Origin: an uncultured Pseudomonadota bacterium
GTDB lineage: Bacteria > Pseudomonadota > Alphaproteobacteria > RF32 > CAG-239
Reading direction: 5' to 3'
DNA length: 60,808 nucleotides
NCBI GenBank assembly: GCA_949295005.1
Contig: CASFJL010000004.1
Coordinates: 1-60,808 of the forward strand
Of the stretch, positions 1 through 10,577 are shown piece by piece; position 1 is the stretch's first letter; each line of letters starts with the position of its first letter. Position numbers and translations under genes: made by a program. Below the pieces are notes generated by a model that was not told the DNA's origin, did no database searches, and saw only the letters and a list, made by a program, of their open reading frames with translations.

Positions 1-107
1 CCGGATTTTATGTGCTTAATTTATTTCTACTTTGGTGTTTTGATTATGATATTTTTTTTAATTTTTACTCTCTGCCCCATACTTTGACGATGAACCAAAA
101 AACAAAA

Positions 108-123
108 CCCCTCTTAAGAGGGG
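108..123 (-). terminator. Intrinsic terminator downstream of tRNA-Arg
   Basis: Perfect palindrome CCCCTCTTAAGAGGGG followed on the minus strand by TTTTGTTTTTT, 5 nt past the tRNA CCA. Confidence 0.7.
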
Positions 124-128
124 ATAAA

Positions 129-205
129 TGGCGCGCCCGGCAGGATTCGAACTTACAACCTTCTGATCCGTAGTCAGATGCTCTATCCAATTGAGCTACG
201 GGCGC
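129..205 (-). tRNA. tRNA-Arg (anticodon ACG), CCA encoded
   Basis: Reverse complement GCGCCCGTAGCTCAATTGGATAGAGCATCTGACTACGGATCAGAAGGTTGTAAGTTCGAATCCTGCCGGGCGCGCCA folds as a cloverleaf; anticodon loop CTACGGA, TTCGAAT T-loop. Confidence 0.97.
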
Positions 206-433
206 ATCGTTTCAACAAAAGAGTTAATACAGCTATTTTATTTTTTTTGCAAGTAAAATTTTTATAAATTTAAAAGAATTTTAAACTATTTTATTTATTC
301 TACACTCAAAAAAAGAGAACAGTATGACTCATAAATATATTTAGCCCTTGTTTTTTTATAAAAAAGTTTATAAAAAGAAAAGTAGGTAAAAATAAAAATT
401 TATGAAAAAATTTTTTATAAGGTACTTGGTTAA

Positions 434-1555
434 ATGAGAAACATTTTGAAAAAACTTTCAGTTGCGTCCGTATCTGTGTTGGCTTTTGGTGGCTGCACAT
501 ATTCTTCAGACGCTCTTTTTCCTTCATTAATGGGTGTCGATTCGTCACAAGAAATTTCAGTGGCTAATGCATCAGAAGTAAAAAGCGCAGATATACCAGA
601 ATTAGGAACAACAGATTTTCAACCTTTAGAAATATCTCAAGGCGGCAATACAGGTACTTTTGTCGGTCAGAAGGTTGTCACCTTCAGAGGCGAATTAACA
701 CAATTGCAAAATTCGATTCGCCAACATAATGAAGCATTGCAAAAAATCAGAGCTTCTGTAATCAACAATGCATTACAATATCACAAATTAATTGGAACAA
801 TTGAGGCCAAACTTCAAGTTGGAACAACTCCGGGCAACCCACAAATGTTTTCCATGTTGCAAGGAGCACAAAACAACATCCAAGTTATGAATGCCAACAC
901 CATCGCCTTAAATCAATTGGCCACACGTGTTGCATCAGATGCCGCTATGACCAATTATTTATTAGATTCTATTCGTGCTGCATATAGCGTATCCGGCGCC
1001 GTAGATGAAGATCACCGCCAATTGCGTGTTTTAGAAAATGAAACAAACCAAACATCAATCTTAATCGGCAGTTTGTTACAAGAGATTAACTCTGATGCTG
1101 AACGTCAATTGCAATATATTGAAACCGCACGCAATTACTTGGTTGATTTAAATTCTGCAATCAAAGCCGGAAGTTATGGTGTTAATAATTTACCCTTACC
1201 AACAGCACAAGCTGGATACATGAACAGCTCTGTTGCACAATATAACACCAAACCGACATCTGCATCCGGAGCCCCTTTATTCGTGGCAAAGTTTAATAAA
1301 ACCAATGTCAAATATCAAGATGGTCTAAAACAAGCCGTTAGCAGTGCCTTATCAAGAAAACCCAATGTTATGTTTGACGTTGTTGCTGTTTCTCCTGCCA
1401 ATGGAAACGCTTTGAGCAAAAGTTCTGCTCAAAACAACGCCACACAAATTTTTCAAGAAATGATTGAAATGGGTGTTGGTGCAGAGAGAATAAATTTGTC
1501 TTCCAAAACAAGTCCGACAGCCAATTCGGCAGAAGTTCAAATTTATGTAAAATAA
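434..1555 (+). CDS. Hypothetical lipoprotein with coiled-coil core and small C-terminal alpha/beta domain
   Basis: 373-aa ORF; signal peptide ending FGGC; long heptad-like helical region; followed by a terminator. Confidence 0.75.
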   Translation: MRNILKKLSVASVSVLAFGGCTYSSDALFPSLMGVDSSQEISVANASEVKSADIPELGTTDFQPLEISQGGNTGTFVGQKVVTFRGELTQLQNSIRQHNEALQKIRASVINNALQYHKLIGTIEAKLQVGTTPGNPQMFSMLQGAQNNIQVMNANTIALNQLATRVASDAAMTNYLLDSIRAAYSVSGAVDEDHRQLRVLENETNQTSILIGSLLQEINSDAERQLQYIETARNYLVDLNSAIKAGSYGVNNLPLPTAQAGYMNSSVAQYNTKPTSASGAPLFVAKFNKTNVKYQDGLKQAVSSALSRKPNVMFDVVAVSPANGNALSKSSAQNNATQIFQEMIEMGVGAERINLSSKTSPTANSAEVQIYVK

Positions 1556-1569
1556 AAACAAACTTTAAT

Positions 1570-1607
1570 AAAAATACCCTGCATATTTATTTGCAGGGTA
1601 TTTTTTT
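1570..1607 (+). terminator. Intrinsic terminator
   Basis: AAAATACCCTGCA / TGCAGGGTATTTT stem plus T-tract. Confidence 0.85.
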
Positions 1608-1619
1608 GAAAGAAAATAA

Positions 1620-2330
1620 ATGAGCTCATTAGATTTATTACAATTTGAGTTACAAAACTTGGCAGATGAAAAAAAAGCCAAACATTTATCTCAGTTTTTC
1701 AAAACAGGAAAAGGGCAATATGCCGAAGGTGATGTTTTTTTGGGCATAAATATTCCTATTATTAAAAATGTTGTAAAAAGATATTATGCTGATTTAAGCA
1801 TGCAAGATATTGCAAAATTGCTTCATGCACCGTGGCATGATTATCGTTTTGCAGCTTTACAAAGCTTGGTAATGCAATATGAAAAAGCAGACATCAACGG
1901 ACAAAAAAACATTTTCAATACATATATAGAAAACATAGAAGGTATCAATAACTGGGATTTGGTAGATTGTTCCGCACACAAAATTATTGGTGCTTGGTCA
2001 TACAAACAGCAAGATTTAAGCCAAATAAAAAAATTATCTGATTCAAAAAATCTGTGGCAAGAAAGAATAGCTGTTGTATCCAGTTGGTATTTCATAAAGC
2101 AAAAGCAATATGACTTAACTTTAAATTTGGCCAAAAAATTTATCAATCATCCGCATGACTTAATACATAAAGCCATAGGCTGGATGTTAAGAGAAATTGG
2201 AAAACAAGATAAAAAAGTTTTGACTGATTTTTTAGATATTTATGCAAGTAATTTGCCTCGAACAACTTTGCGCTACGCCATAGAAAGATTCGCAAAAGAA
2301 GAAAGAGAACTGTATATGCAAAAAAAATAG
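1620..2330 (+). CDS. DNA alkylation repair protein (AlkD-like HEAT-repeat glycosylase family)
   Basis: FFKTGKGQYAEGDVFLGI, NNWDLVD, HDLIHKAIGWMLREIGK, PRTTLRYAIE motifs. Confidence 0.9.
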   Translation: MSSLDLLQFELQNLADEKKAKHLSQFFKTGKGQYAEGDVFLGINIPIIKNVVKRYYADLSMQDIAKLLHAPWHDYRFAALQSLVMQYEKADINGQKNIFNTYIENIEGINNWDLVDCSAHKIIGAWSYKQQDLSQIKKLSDSKNLWQERIAVVSSWYFIKQKQYDLTLNLAKKFINHPHDLIHKAIGWMLREIGKQDKKVLTDFLDIYASNLPRTTLRYAIERFAKEERELYMQKK

Positions 2331-2357
2331 GAGTGCAGCAAAACACTCCTATTTTTT
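2322..2357. terminator. Bidirectional terminator
   Basis: AAAAAATAGGAGTG / CACTCCTATTTTTT between convergent genes. Confidence 0.85.
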
Positions 2358-2373
2358 ATTTTGTGATTAAAGC

Positions 2374-2961
2374 TTACATATAAGGCCAACCAATAACTTG
2401 GGTGATAATCACTTTTTCATTATCCAAATTCAAAGCCTCTCCAACTTTATCCATATCAGCATAACCGCGAACAACATTGTTAAGTCCGCGGCTTGCGCAA
2501 TATAAGCCAACATTTTGGTAAGCTGCAGCAGCATTCATTCGTGCATTTTTCAAATCTGTACCGGTAAATATAAGTGTTAAAGGAGCCTCTTTGGTATAAT
2601 CTTGCAAATTAATATACTGAGAAATATTATCACCTGAAACAAATTTCAAAACATTTTCTTTGGCATCATATTTCCAAACAGCACCGGCCTTAATAACATA
2701 AACATTAAGGTCTTGCTTGTTTTGAGCAGTTGGGATAGTGCGTTTTCCATCATGAGAGATTCCCCAAGCGGCATAAAGAATATTGCTCAAATCTTTATCA
2801 TCAACCTCTTTTGCACTAAATTCTCTGGTAGATTTTCTTTGCGAAATTGCTTCCATCAAAGGTTTGCCACCGGTTGTGTCCGGTGCGGGAAGTTTAATGT
2901 CTTCAACAGCCCAAACTGGAGTAGCAGCAAATAAAAAAGCTGCAAGTAAAAGTTTTTTCAT
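2374..2961 (-). CDS. Exported nitroreductase-family protein (SagB/ThcOx-like)
   Basis: Signal peptide; LPAP..GG.PLMEAI.QRKSTREF, LYAAWG, RTIPTA, QNVGLYCAS motifs. Confidence 0.85.
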   Translation of the reverse strand: MKKLLLAAFLFAATPVWAVEDIKLPAPDTTGGKPLMEAISQRKSTREFSAKEVDDKDLSNILYAAWGISHDGKRTIPTAQNKQDLNVYVIKAGAVWKYDAKENVLKFVSGDNISQYINLQDYTKEAPLTLIFTGTDLKNARMNAAAAYQNVGLYCASRGLNNVVRGYADMDKVGEALNLDNEKVIITQVIGWPYM

Positions 2962-3060
2962 ATGAATTCTCCTTGTTTTTGTTTTTATAAAAATATCTTA
3001 GAGCAGATAAATTAAAATAAAAGCAAAAAAGGACACGGTGGAAAAAATGGAAGGTAAAAT

Positions 3061-3101
3061 AAAAAAACTCCGCAGAGTCAGGTTTTAGCCTGTCTGCGGA
3101 G
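3061..3101 (-). terminator. Intrinsic terminator of the methyltransferase-YhcH cassette
   Basis: CTCCGCAGA..CAGG / CCTG-TCTGCGGAG stem with an A-tract on the + strand (T-tract on -). Confidence 0.75.
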
Positions 3102-3108
3102 CCAAATA

Positions 3109-3660
3109 TTAATCTGCCAAGATTTTGATACAGATTTTTACAACCTGTAATTTCTCGCCATCTGGCAGAATATTTTCTTTTCCGTTTTCAAAGCCTCCGT
3201 AGAGGGGACCGTGATAAACTCCTGCCGGCACAAACTTCCAAGTGTTTTGCGGAATTTGTGTTGCGAAAGCTGTTTCCGGTAGATGATAAAAACCAATATC
3301 TTTGGTTTCATCAAACGGCGTTTGTACCGCCATTTCAGCACCGGCCGATACCAGATACATTCCTTCATTGAATGTCGGAATGTGAATATCGTGGAAACGG
3401 TGATGCACTTCCGGAAAGACTGTTTCTTTCTTCTTCAATGCCGTCCAATCTATATTTATTTTTATGCCATCCGCCACTTCGGTAGAGCCGATTTTGTGGT
3501 TGGCAGGATTGATTAAAAATTCAAAGATTTTTCTTGCATTTTTCTCAGAAAAACGGGAGTCTGAAGAAAATGAAATAAAATCATTTACAAATTGTTTTGC
3601 ATTCTCATTAAGATAAGCGGCTAACTTAGCCAGCATTTCTTTGATAAATTTTTCTTTCAT
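3109..3660 (-). CDS. YhcH/YjgK/YiaL (DUF386) family beta-sandwich protein
   Basis: PEVHHRFHDIH resembles E-x-H-x2-Y-x-D-I; also DIGFY, H-G-P and C-terminal VVKICIKI. Confidence 0.65.
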   Translation of the reverse strand: MKEKFIKEMLAKLAAYLNENAKQFVNDFISFSSDSRFSEKNARKIFEFLINPANHKIGSTEVADGIKINIDWTALKKKETVFPEVHHRFHDIHIPTFNEGMYLVSAGAEMAVQTPFDETKDIGFYHLPETAFATQIPQNTWKFVPAGVYHGPLYGGFENGKENILPDGEKLQVVKICIKILAD

Positions 3661-3676
3661 AATAATAATTTTTTTT

Positions 3677-4885
3677 TTAGAAGTTTATAATTTCTTTAGT
3701 TCTCTTTCTGACATCAGCATCAACTATTGCACCGACTTTGCTGGCTTTTTCCAGCTCAGTAAGTCTGTCCAGCAAGTTGTCAGGAACAGATATCAGTTTC
3801 CATTGACCGTTCTCATCTTGTTCAACTTTAGCGCCGATATAAGCTAAAAAGGCCAAGCTTTCTCGCTGTTCTCTTTGCTTGAAATCTGATTCAGGATATT
3901 CTGTCAACACATTCAGCTTACGCAGATGTTTTTCCGGCTGCATAAGAGCTGTTCTTCTATACAGAATAGGGTCTTTTTCATATCGACTACCCAATATTGT
4001 CGGGAAGGATATGAAATCAGCAAAACCAATCTGTGCAATTAGCTCTTTTTTGAAGGCTTTATATTCTTCCGTTGGCTCAAAATTCATAGCTGAGCAAGCA
4101 GTGTAATCTTGCGCATCCAAAAGGAACCAACCGTCTCCTAAAATGTTTTGCCATTTTTCTTTAGGGAAGACAGAAACATGAAGAGAGAATATAAAATCTC
4201 CGGAAATGTCCTTGGTCAGGATAATTCCATCGCTTTTCGGAGCATCCACCTCAATGGCATTGTCAGTCAACAATTTTTCCGGCACAGCCATGTAGTTCAC
4301 CGCATCTCGCAAAGAAATAGAAGCCACCACATACTGACCGGCATTTGTCAACTCAGCAACAAAAGATGAAATAGCATCCTGCGGGATATGTTCCATCACA
4401 TCATTGCAAAATACAACATTTGCGCGCTGTTCCGGCTTAGTTGAAAATTCAGGAATACCCAAGTCATATCTCTGAACGGTGATATGCTTATAAGACATCA
4501 CTCTATCCAATGAGGATATTTCTTTGGCATCCAGTTCTGCAACTTTGGAAGACAAACTCTGGATAATTTCTCCGATTTTGCTTCCACTTGCCAACATCTC
4601 TACAATCTGTTCTGAATTTTCTGCAATTAGTTCTGCCAGAATATTTGCAGCTTTGCTTCGACCACAACCATAATCGGTAATGATAAATGGCTTGGAGATA
4701 TCAATCTTTTTCTGCAGAGCTAGTTCCAGCAAATTTACCAACATCTCATTGATGAGCAAATTGGCAGAAGAACCATAGGTTGTTGCCTGCGCGTGTACGG
4801 ATGAATAAACCTGTTTCAAATCAATACAATTCTGATACCATTTTTCAGAAATTGTAAAATAAACTTTTTGTAAATTTGTTTTCAT
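3677..4885 (-). CDS. Class I SAM-dependent methyltransferase-like protein (start reassigned to MKTNLQ)
   Basis: ITDYGCGRS motif I, RYD motif II, VFCNDVMEHIP motif IV; the upstream extension of the ORF track overlaps the promoter and the hemW end. Confidence 0.7.
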   Translation of the reverse strand: MKTNLQKVYFTISEKWYQNCIDLKQVYSSVHAQATTYGSSANLLINEMLVNLLELALQKKIDISKPFIITDYGCGRSKAANILAELIAENSEQIVEMLASGSKIGEIIQSLSSKVAELDAKEISSLDRVMSYKHITVQRYDLGIPEFSTKPEQRANVVFCNDVMEHIPQDAISSFVAELTNAGQYVVASISLRDAVNYMAVPEKLLTDNAIEVDAPKSDGIILTKDISGDFIFSLHVSVFPKEKWQNILGDGWFLLDAQDYTACSAMNFEPTEEYKAFKKELIAQIGFADFISFPTILGSRYEKDPILYRRTALMQPEKHLRKLNVLTEYPESDFKQREQRESLAFLAYIGAKVEQDENGQWKLISVPDNLLDRLTELEKASKVGAIVDADVRKRTKEIINF

Positions 4886-4924
4886 AATTATATTTTTTAA
4901 TGAATAATATGTGTTCTGCAAAAA

Positions 4925-4953
4925 CACATAGCACAAAAGACTGTATTTGTCAA
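4925..4953 (-). promoter_or_regulatory. Sigma70-type promoter
   Basis: TTGACA-17 nt-TATGTG with an extended -10 TG. Confidence 0.55.
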
Positions 4954-4986
4954 TTGTTTTGTCTATATTTATAAAATATGGCTTGT

Positions 4987-6129
4987 CTAAAAGCACAAAT
5001 CTTCTATGAGCTTATTTAAGACTAGTCTGCCTTCATTGGTAGCAAAAAGGTGGGTTTGAGTTTCTTCTATCAGTTTTTCTGCTTTAAGCTCAGCTAAATT
5101 TTTTTGATTGATAAACTCTGTCAATTTAATCCCGCAGACATTATAAAATTTTTCTTTGCTTATCCCCTCATTTAAGCGCAAACCCATAATAATCAGCTCT
5201 TCGGCACGTTCACTCGCTGAAATTTCCTCTTCTTGGCGGCGGTGAATCAAAGCATAGAATTTATTGCCGATTTTTAAGCGTCCGTGCGCTGATTTGCCAA
5301 TGCCTAAGTAATCATCTCCTTGCCAGTACAATAAGTTGTGGCGGCTTTGAAAACCCTTTTCAGCATAGTTGGAAACCTCATATTGCGGATAGCCGTTTTC
5401 GCTTAAATATTGATTGGTAAACAAATACATTTCTCGGGCGGTGTCTTCTTCAGCTGCTTCTATTTGCTTTTTGTAAAAAACCGTTCCTTCTTCAATGGTC
5501 AATTGATACATGGATAAATGTTTGAAGCCAAATTGAACAGCTTGTTTAATCTCTTCTTGCCAAATCTCTAAAGTTTGCTCAGGACGAGCGTAAATTAAAT
5601 CAAAAGAATGATTATCAAAGTTTTGCAAGACCTCATCTATGGCCGTATAGGCTTGCTCTAAATTATGGGTTCGCCCCAAAAACTTTAAATCTTTATCGTT
5701 CAAAGCCTGCACACCCAAAGATAAGCGGTTAATTCCGGCTTGTCTTAAATCTTTAAATAAATTTTTTCTATCACTATTAGGATTAGCTTCCAAAGAAATT
5801 TCAATGTCTTTCTTGCACTTCCATTTTTGATGAATGTGATTAATGAGTTTTTCAATTAAATTCGGCTTGATTAAAGACGGTGTGCCGCCGCCAAAAAAGA
5901 TGCTTTCAACAATTCTATCAGCGGTTTTTTCAGCATAAAAATCTAAATCTTCCAGATATTCTTTGATGATTGTTTCTTGCTCAACATCTTTTTTAATCTG
6001 GCTGAAAAAATCGCAATAAGGGCATTTGCTCAAACAAAAAGGCCAATGAATATAAATGCCGAACTTTACGGAATTGTCCTCGCGGCTTAAATCGGGTAAA
6101 GGTTCGGCATTCATATCTTTTAATTTCAT
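4987..6129 (-). CDS. hemW: Radical SAM heme chaperone HemW (HemN-like)
   Basis: YIHWPFCLSKCPYCDF, FFGGGTPS, EANP, YEVSNYA, HNLLYW. Confidence 0.9.
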   Translation of the reverse strand: MKLKDMNAEPLPDLSREDNSVKFGIYIHWPFCLSKCPYCDFFSQIKKDVEQETIIKEYLEDLDFYAEKTADRIVESIFFGGGTPSLIKPNLIEKLINHIHQKWKCKKDIEISLEANPNSDRKNLFKDLRQAGINRLSLGVQALNDKDLKFLGRTHNLEQAYTAIDEVLQNFDNHSFDLIYARPEQTLEIWQEEIKQAVQFGFKHLSMYQLTIEEGTVFYKKQIEAAEEDTAREMYLFTNQYLSENGYPQYEVSNYAEKGFQSRHNLLYWQGDDYLGIGKSAHGRLKIGNKFYALIHRRQEEEISASERAEELIIMGLRLNEGISKEKFYNVCGIKLTEFINQKNLAELKAEKLIEETQTHLFATNEGRLVLNKLIEDLCF

Positions 6130-7436
6130 TACAGAATGAATTTTGATAAATCGGTGGCTTGTGTGAACTTCATCAATTTTTGCTCCACAAACTCTGCGGT
6201 AATCACTTCTTTTTGCCCACTTCTGTCAGAGGCATTAAAGCTGATGTCTTCCAGCAAAATTTCCATAACCGTATGCAAACGGCGAGCACCGATGTTCTCC
6301 ACATTTTCATTAATCTCAACCGCAATATCGGCAATTTTATCAATCGCTTCTTTCTCAAACTCAATGTCAAAGTTTTCGGTTTTGAGCAAAGCGGTATATT
6401 GCTCAATGAGGTTGGCTTCCGGCTCGGTTAAAATGCGGACAAAGTCTTCATGCGTTAAGGCTTTTAACTCAACACGGATAGGTAATCTGCCTTGCAACTC
6501 AGGCAATAAGTCTGACGGCTTTGCCAAATGAAAAGCACCGGAGCAGATGAACAAAATGTGGTCGGTTTTAACCATGCCGTATTTGGTGGTAACGGTTGTA
6601 CCTTCAATCAAAGGCAGTAAATCTCTTTGTACGCCTTCTCTTGAGACATCACCACGCATATTTTCTGATTTTCCGGTAATTTTATCAATCTCATCAATAA
6701 AGACGATACCATCATTTTCCACAGCATCTATTGCAGCTTTGGTGATTTGGTCATTATCCAAGAGCTTATCGCATTCTTCAGCAATCAAAACATCATAAGC
6801 TTCACCGACTTTCATCTTTTTGGTTTTATATTTAACGCCGGTTCCACCCAACAAGTCGCCCAAGCTAATCATGCCCATTTGTGCACCGGGCATTCCGGGA
6901 ATATCTATTGTGGGCATGGAGGCATTGGAATTGTCTTGAACGCTGATTTCAATTTCTCTGTCATTTAACTGATTTTCGCGCAAGAGCTTTCTGAACTTTT
7001 GTTTGGTTTCATCGCTGGCGCTTAAACCAACCAAAGCTTCCAAAACACGGTCTTCAGCTGCCAATTCTGCTTTGGCTGTAACCGATTTGCGCATTTCTTT
7101 TCTGGTATTGTTCAAAGAAATTTCAACCAAGTCACGGATGATGCTTTCCACATCTCTACCAACATAGCCGATTTCAGTGAACTTGGTAGCCTCAACCTTG
7201 ACAAACGGTGCTTTGGCCAGTTTTGCTAAACGTCTGGAAATTTCGGTCTTACCAACACCTGTGGGGCCGACCATCAAAATATTTTTGGGAACAATTTCAT
7301 CTCTTAATCTTGGTTCAACCTGCATTCTTCTCCAGCGATTGCGCAAAGCAACGGCAACCGCTTTTTTGGCCTCGTTCTGACCAATAATAAATCTATCCAA
7401 CTCGGATACAATTTCACGAGGACTATACATAGCCAT
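6129..7436 (-). CDS. hslU: ATP-dependent protease ATPase subunit HslU
   Basis: [41 protein letters not shown]-terminal DLSKFIL. Confidence 0.98.
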   Translation of the reverse strand: MAMYSPREIVSELDRFIIGQNEAKKAVAVALRNRWRRMQVEPRLRDEIVPKNILMVGPTGVGKTEISRRLAKLAKAPFVKVEATKFTEIGYVGRDVESIIRDLVEISLNNTRKEMRKSVTAKAELAAEDRVLEALVGLSASDETKQKFRKLLRENQLNDREIEISVQDNSNASMPTIDIPGMPGAQMGMISLGDLLGGTGVKYKTKKMKVGEAYDVLIAEECDKLLDNDQITKAAIDAVENDGIVFIDEIDKITGKSENMRGDVSREGVQRDLLPLIEGTTVTTKYGMVKTDHILFICSGAFHLAKPSDLLPELQGRLPIRVELKALTHEDFVRILTEPEANLIEQYTALLKTENFDIEFEKEAIDKIADIAVEINENVENIGARRLHTVMEILLEDISFNASDRSGQKEVITAEFVEQKLMKFTQATDLSKFIL

Positions 7437-7442
7437 TTTATC

Positions 7443-7964
7443 TTAAACTTTCTCTATTGTTACGTTGTGATTGGTATAAATATCAATATCGCCGGCAATC
7501 TTCATGGCTTTTTGGGCAATTTCTTCCAAGCTCAAACCTTCCACATCATACAAAGCTTTGGCTGCTGCCATGGCATAATTGCCGCCGGAACCGATACCGA
7601 TAATGCCGTCATCAGGTTCCATCACCTCACCGGTGCCGTTTAACACCAAAGAAACATCTTTGTCGGCCACAATCATATAGGCTTGCAACTGGCGCAAATA
7701 TTTATCCATACGCCAATCTTTAGCCAATTCTACGGCGGCGCGTTTTAACTGGTTGGCGTGTTTTTCCAACTTGGCTTCAAGTCTTTCTATCAAAGTAATG
7801 CCATCAGCGGCTGCACCGGCAAATCCGGCAATGATGTTGCCGTTACCAATGCGTCTGACCTTAACTGATTTAGACTTAAAAACAACAGCTTCGCCCAAAG
7901 TGGCTTGACCGTCGCCGGCCATAACCACTTCCGAGCCTTTTCTTATGCATAATATTGTTGTCAT
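7443..7964 (-). CDS. hslV: ATP-dependent protease peptidase subunit HslV
   Basis: N-terminal [22 protein letters not shown]. Confidence 0.98.
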   Translation of the reverse strand: MTTILCIRKGSEVVMAGDGQATLGEAVVFKSKSVKVRRIGNGNIIAGFAGAAADGITLIERLEAKLEKHANQLKRAAVELAKDWRMDKYLRQLQAYMIVADKDVSLVLNGTGEVMEPDDGIIGIGSGGNYAMAAAKALYDVEGLSLEEIAQKAMKIAGDIDIYTNHNVTIEKV

Positions 7965-7968
7965 AAAA

Positions 7969-10563
7969 CTATTTTCTTTCCTTTACACTCATGGCTTTTG
8001 GAGCCTTGCTGCCTTTGGAGTTATCAATAGCGGTTGAAACCGGCTTATCAATAGCTTTTAAGGCAATTGGTTTTTTGTTGGTGAATTTAACACCGCAAAT
8101 ATTCAAACCAACGCTCTTTAAGGCTGTTTCAATCGGAATAAACAAGTCTCCGCCTTCTTTGGTTCTAATACCTGAGTGAGATAAACCGGTAATGTTACCA
8201 TTCTTATCAATCAAAGAGCTTCCCAAAGTTTGGGTCTGAACATTTGTATCAACAATAATCTCAGCGCCTTTTTCTTCAGAATAACGATAACCAATTACCT
8301 CACCCTCAGTTTCTAAATAGTTTTCACCTTCATCAAAGTCAAGTAGGCCTAAGGTCATAAACATCTCTTTGCCAACTTCAGGCAAAGCCAAACGCAACGG
8401 CAACGGATTAAACTTAGTCTTTTCATCCAATAAAATCAAAGCCACGTTTTTGTTTGGGTTAACTCTGAATGCAGAACCTGTATAATCCATACCGTTAATA
8501 GTTTGAATGTTAAAACGATTTTGTTGTTTATCTACCAAATCGGCAGAAGTTAAAATCAACTGATCAGAGATAATCAAACCGGCGCCTTTTCTGCCGCTCG
8601 GATTTTCTACACTGACAACAGATGCACGCAAACGATACATATTTTGCGGAGACAAACTCTCATAAGGTTTAACACTCTGGATACAAAAATCAGAATAACT
8701 GTCAGAATACATTTTTTCTGCCGCTAATCTGTTTTGAATAGCCACACTGCCGGAACTTTCCTCAATTGGCATATCAATCCAATAATCATCATTATATTTG
8801 ATGGTATTTTCTGCCACTTTAATAGATGTGCAACCGGCTTCATCAATTGTTACCTGACTACAATTATCTGCCAAGCGAAGCTTTTTGGTTTGCTCTTTTT
8901 GATAATTATTAAACTTAGACATACCACCGCTTCTTTCTTCAATCTCCGCCTTTGACATAAATTTACCGTCAGCTTCAATAATACCGGCAATTTCATAAAC
9001 CTTACCATCTGCGGCACCAGCTTCATCAATCACAATAAACTCTTGATTTTCATTAATAAAGCCGGTTAACAAATTATCATAAGAGACACCATTTTCGGTA
9101 GTGACAACAGAATTTAGAGCAACAAAATTTCCATTTTCATCAACATAACCAGTCAAGGTCTGTCCCTTGCCAGTAGTCTCTCCTTTTTCATCAACAACAA
9201 CAAATTTGCCGTTTTCGTCAACATAACCTGAAACAGAACGTCCCTTGCTTAAAACATTACCCTCATCTGAAACAAAAGCCGTTTTTGTATCAACTTCACC
9301 CTTATCAACCACAACAAACTTGCCGTTTTCATCAATATAACCGGAAACGACCTGCCCTTTTGCCACACTATTTCCTAAATCAGAAACAATATTATAGCTG
9401 CTTAAAGAATCAGAATCCTCAATAATATTTCCGTTTTCATCAACAAAGACAAAGCTTCCTTCGTCATTAATATAACCACGAATAATATTTCCGGATGTAA
9501 GAGATTCTTCACTATCTGCAGCAAATTTCACAAGAGAATTTGAATTTCCGGTTTCAGAAATAAAATTATTATCTTTAACACTTGCCGGCAACAAATCTTG
9601 TGGTTTAAGGTCTTTTGAGCCGCAGCTTTGCAAAGCATTAACGGCGTTTAACTCTTCAGCATACTGATTTTTGAAAGTAATTTTGCTTTGTTCTTGAGTT
9701 TTAATCTGTGCCAATTGTCTCTGAATTTCTTCAGGAGAAACTCTTTTAGAAAGTTCTTCATTATAGCATTTAATTTGAGGCAATTTGCTCAAAGCATCTG
9801 CAAAAGCACGTTCAACGAGCAAAACTTCGCCTTTATATTCACCGTCTTTCATTTCACCATAACCGGTTGTTGTGCCTTTGCAATAGACTTTACTTTTGGT
9901 TAAATCCATCAATCTCCAAGTTACGGTCATTTCAGATGTACCGGTGCGCAAGTCTTTTTTCTTGACGTTATCCCAATCAAACTCATCACAAACATTCATG
10001 AAATAATCATTAATTTCGGCAGTCAAAACATATTCGGCTTGAGCTTTGTCTGAATACATATAGTATGGATTGTTCTTTTCAACCACAACAGGGTAATAAT
10101 CATTCATTGTCTCATAAAAAATATCAAAGAACTTCATATCTTTTTGCATAGCGCGCCCTTGATTTAAGAAAACTTCTTTATCAAATCTGCGGCAACCAAA
10201 AATTCTGAAGCGATAATTTCCTAACTTGTTGGTATATTGCTCATAGTATTGACCTTTTGGAATGCGAAAATCAACATAATCAAGCTTAACCGGAGCATAT
10301 TGGTTTCTGGACTGATGCAAATAAGCATAAGCATTGAGTTGGTCTTGTGTCGGATCAATTTGCGGCTCATTTTGAATATAAGCTTGTCTTTTAACCTTTT
10401 TAACCGGTTTACTTTTACCCGGTTCGCACATACATTCAAAAAGTCCGAGCGTTTTTTCCGTACCATCGCACATACAAGGGATTAATTCCGGACTTGTTAA
10501 ATCCGAACAAGATGCCAATGCCGTTGAAAAAAGCATCACATTCAAAAACCGAGACAACTTCAT
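7969..10563 (-). CDS. Large lipoprotein with central GYxDENGxF repeats and a degenerate C-terminal trypsin-like domain
   Basis: Lipobox ALASC; about 6 repeats; C-terminal GAGLII...LILTSADLV...NVALILL...[15 protein letters not shown]. Confidence 0.75.
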   Translation of the reverse strand: MKLSRFLNVMLFSTALASCSDLTSPELIPCMCDGTEKTLGLFECMCEPGKSKPVKKVKRQAYIQNEPQIDPTQDQLNAYAYLHQSRNQYAPVKLDYVDFRIPKGQYYEQYTNKLGNYRFRIFGCRRFDKEVFLNQGRAMQKDMKFFDIFYETMNDYYPVVVEKNNPYYMYSDKAQAEYVLTAEINDYFMNVCDEFDWDNVKKKDLRTGTSEMTVTWRLMDLTKSKVYCKGTTTGYGEMKDGEYKGEVLLVERAFADALSKLPQIKCYNEELSKRVSPEEIQRQLAQIKTQEQSKITFKNQYAEELNAVNALQSCGSKDLKPQDLLPASVKDNNFISETGNSNSLVKFAADSEESLTSGNIIRGYINDEGSFVFVDENGNIIEDSDSLSSYNIVSDLGNSVAKGQVVSGYIDENGKFVVVDKGEVDTKTAFVSDEGNVLSKGRSVSGYVDENGKFVVVDEKGETTGKGQTLTGYVDENGNFVALNSVVTTENGVSYDNLLTGFINENQEFIVIDEAGAADGKVYEIAGIIEADGKFMSKAEIEERSGGMSKFNNYQKEQTKKLRLADNCSQVTIDEAGCTSIKVAENTIKYNDDYWIDMPIEESSGSVAIQNRLAAEKMYSDSYSDFCIQSVKPYESLSPQNMYRLRASVVSVENPSGRKGAGLIISDQLILTSADLVDKQQNRFNIQTINGMDYTGSAFRVNPNKNVALILLDEKTKFNPLPLRLALPEVGKEMFMTLGLLDFDEGENYLETEGEVIGYRYSEEKGAEIIVDTNVQTQTLGSSLIDKNGNITGLSHSGIRTKEGGDLFIPIETALKSVGLNICGVKFTNKKPIALKAIDKPVSTAIDNSKGSKAPKAMSVKERK
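8959..9477 (-). repeat. Intragenic protein repeats G[YF][IV]xE[ND]GxF (about 6 copies)
   Basis: [54 protein letters not shown]; DNA motif ccgttttc[ag]tcaac recurs. Confidence 0.85.
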
Positions 10564-10577
10564 TTATTTTAACTCCA

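Noticed and set aside
1-305. Integrative element at tRNA-Arg
   Set aside because: No integrase or att duplication visible; only 128 bp downstream of the tRNA lie in the window, so this cannot be excluded
8959-9477. DNA repeats as a possible CRISPR array
   Set aside because: Degenerate, in-frame and codon-wobbled inside a CDS; no cas genes
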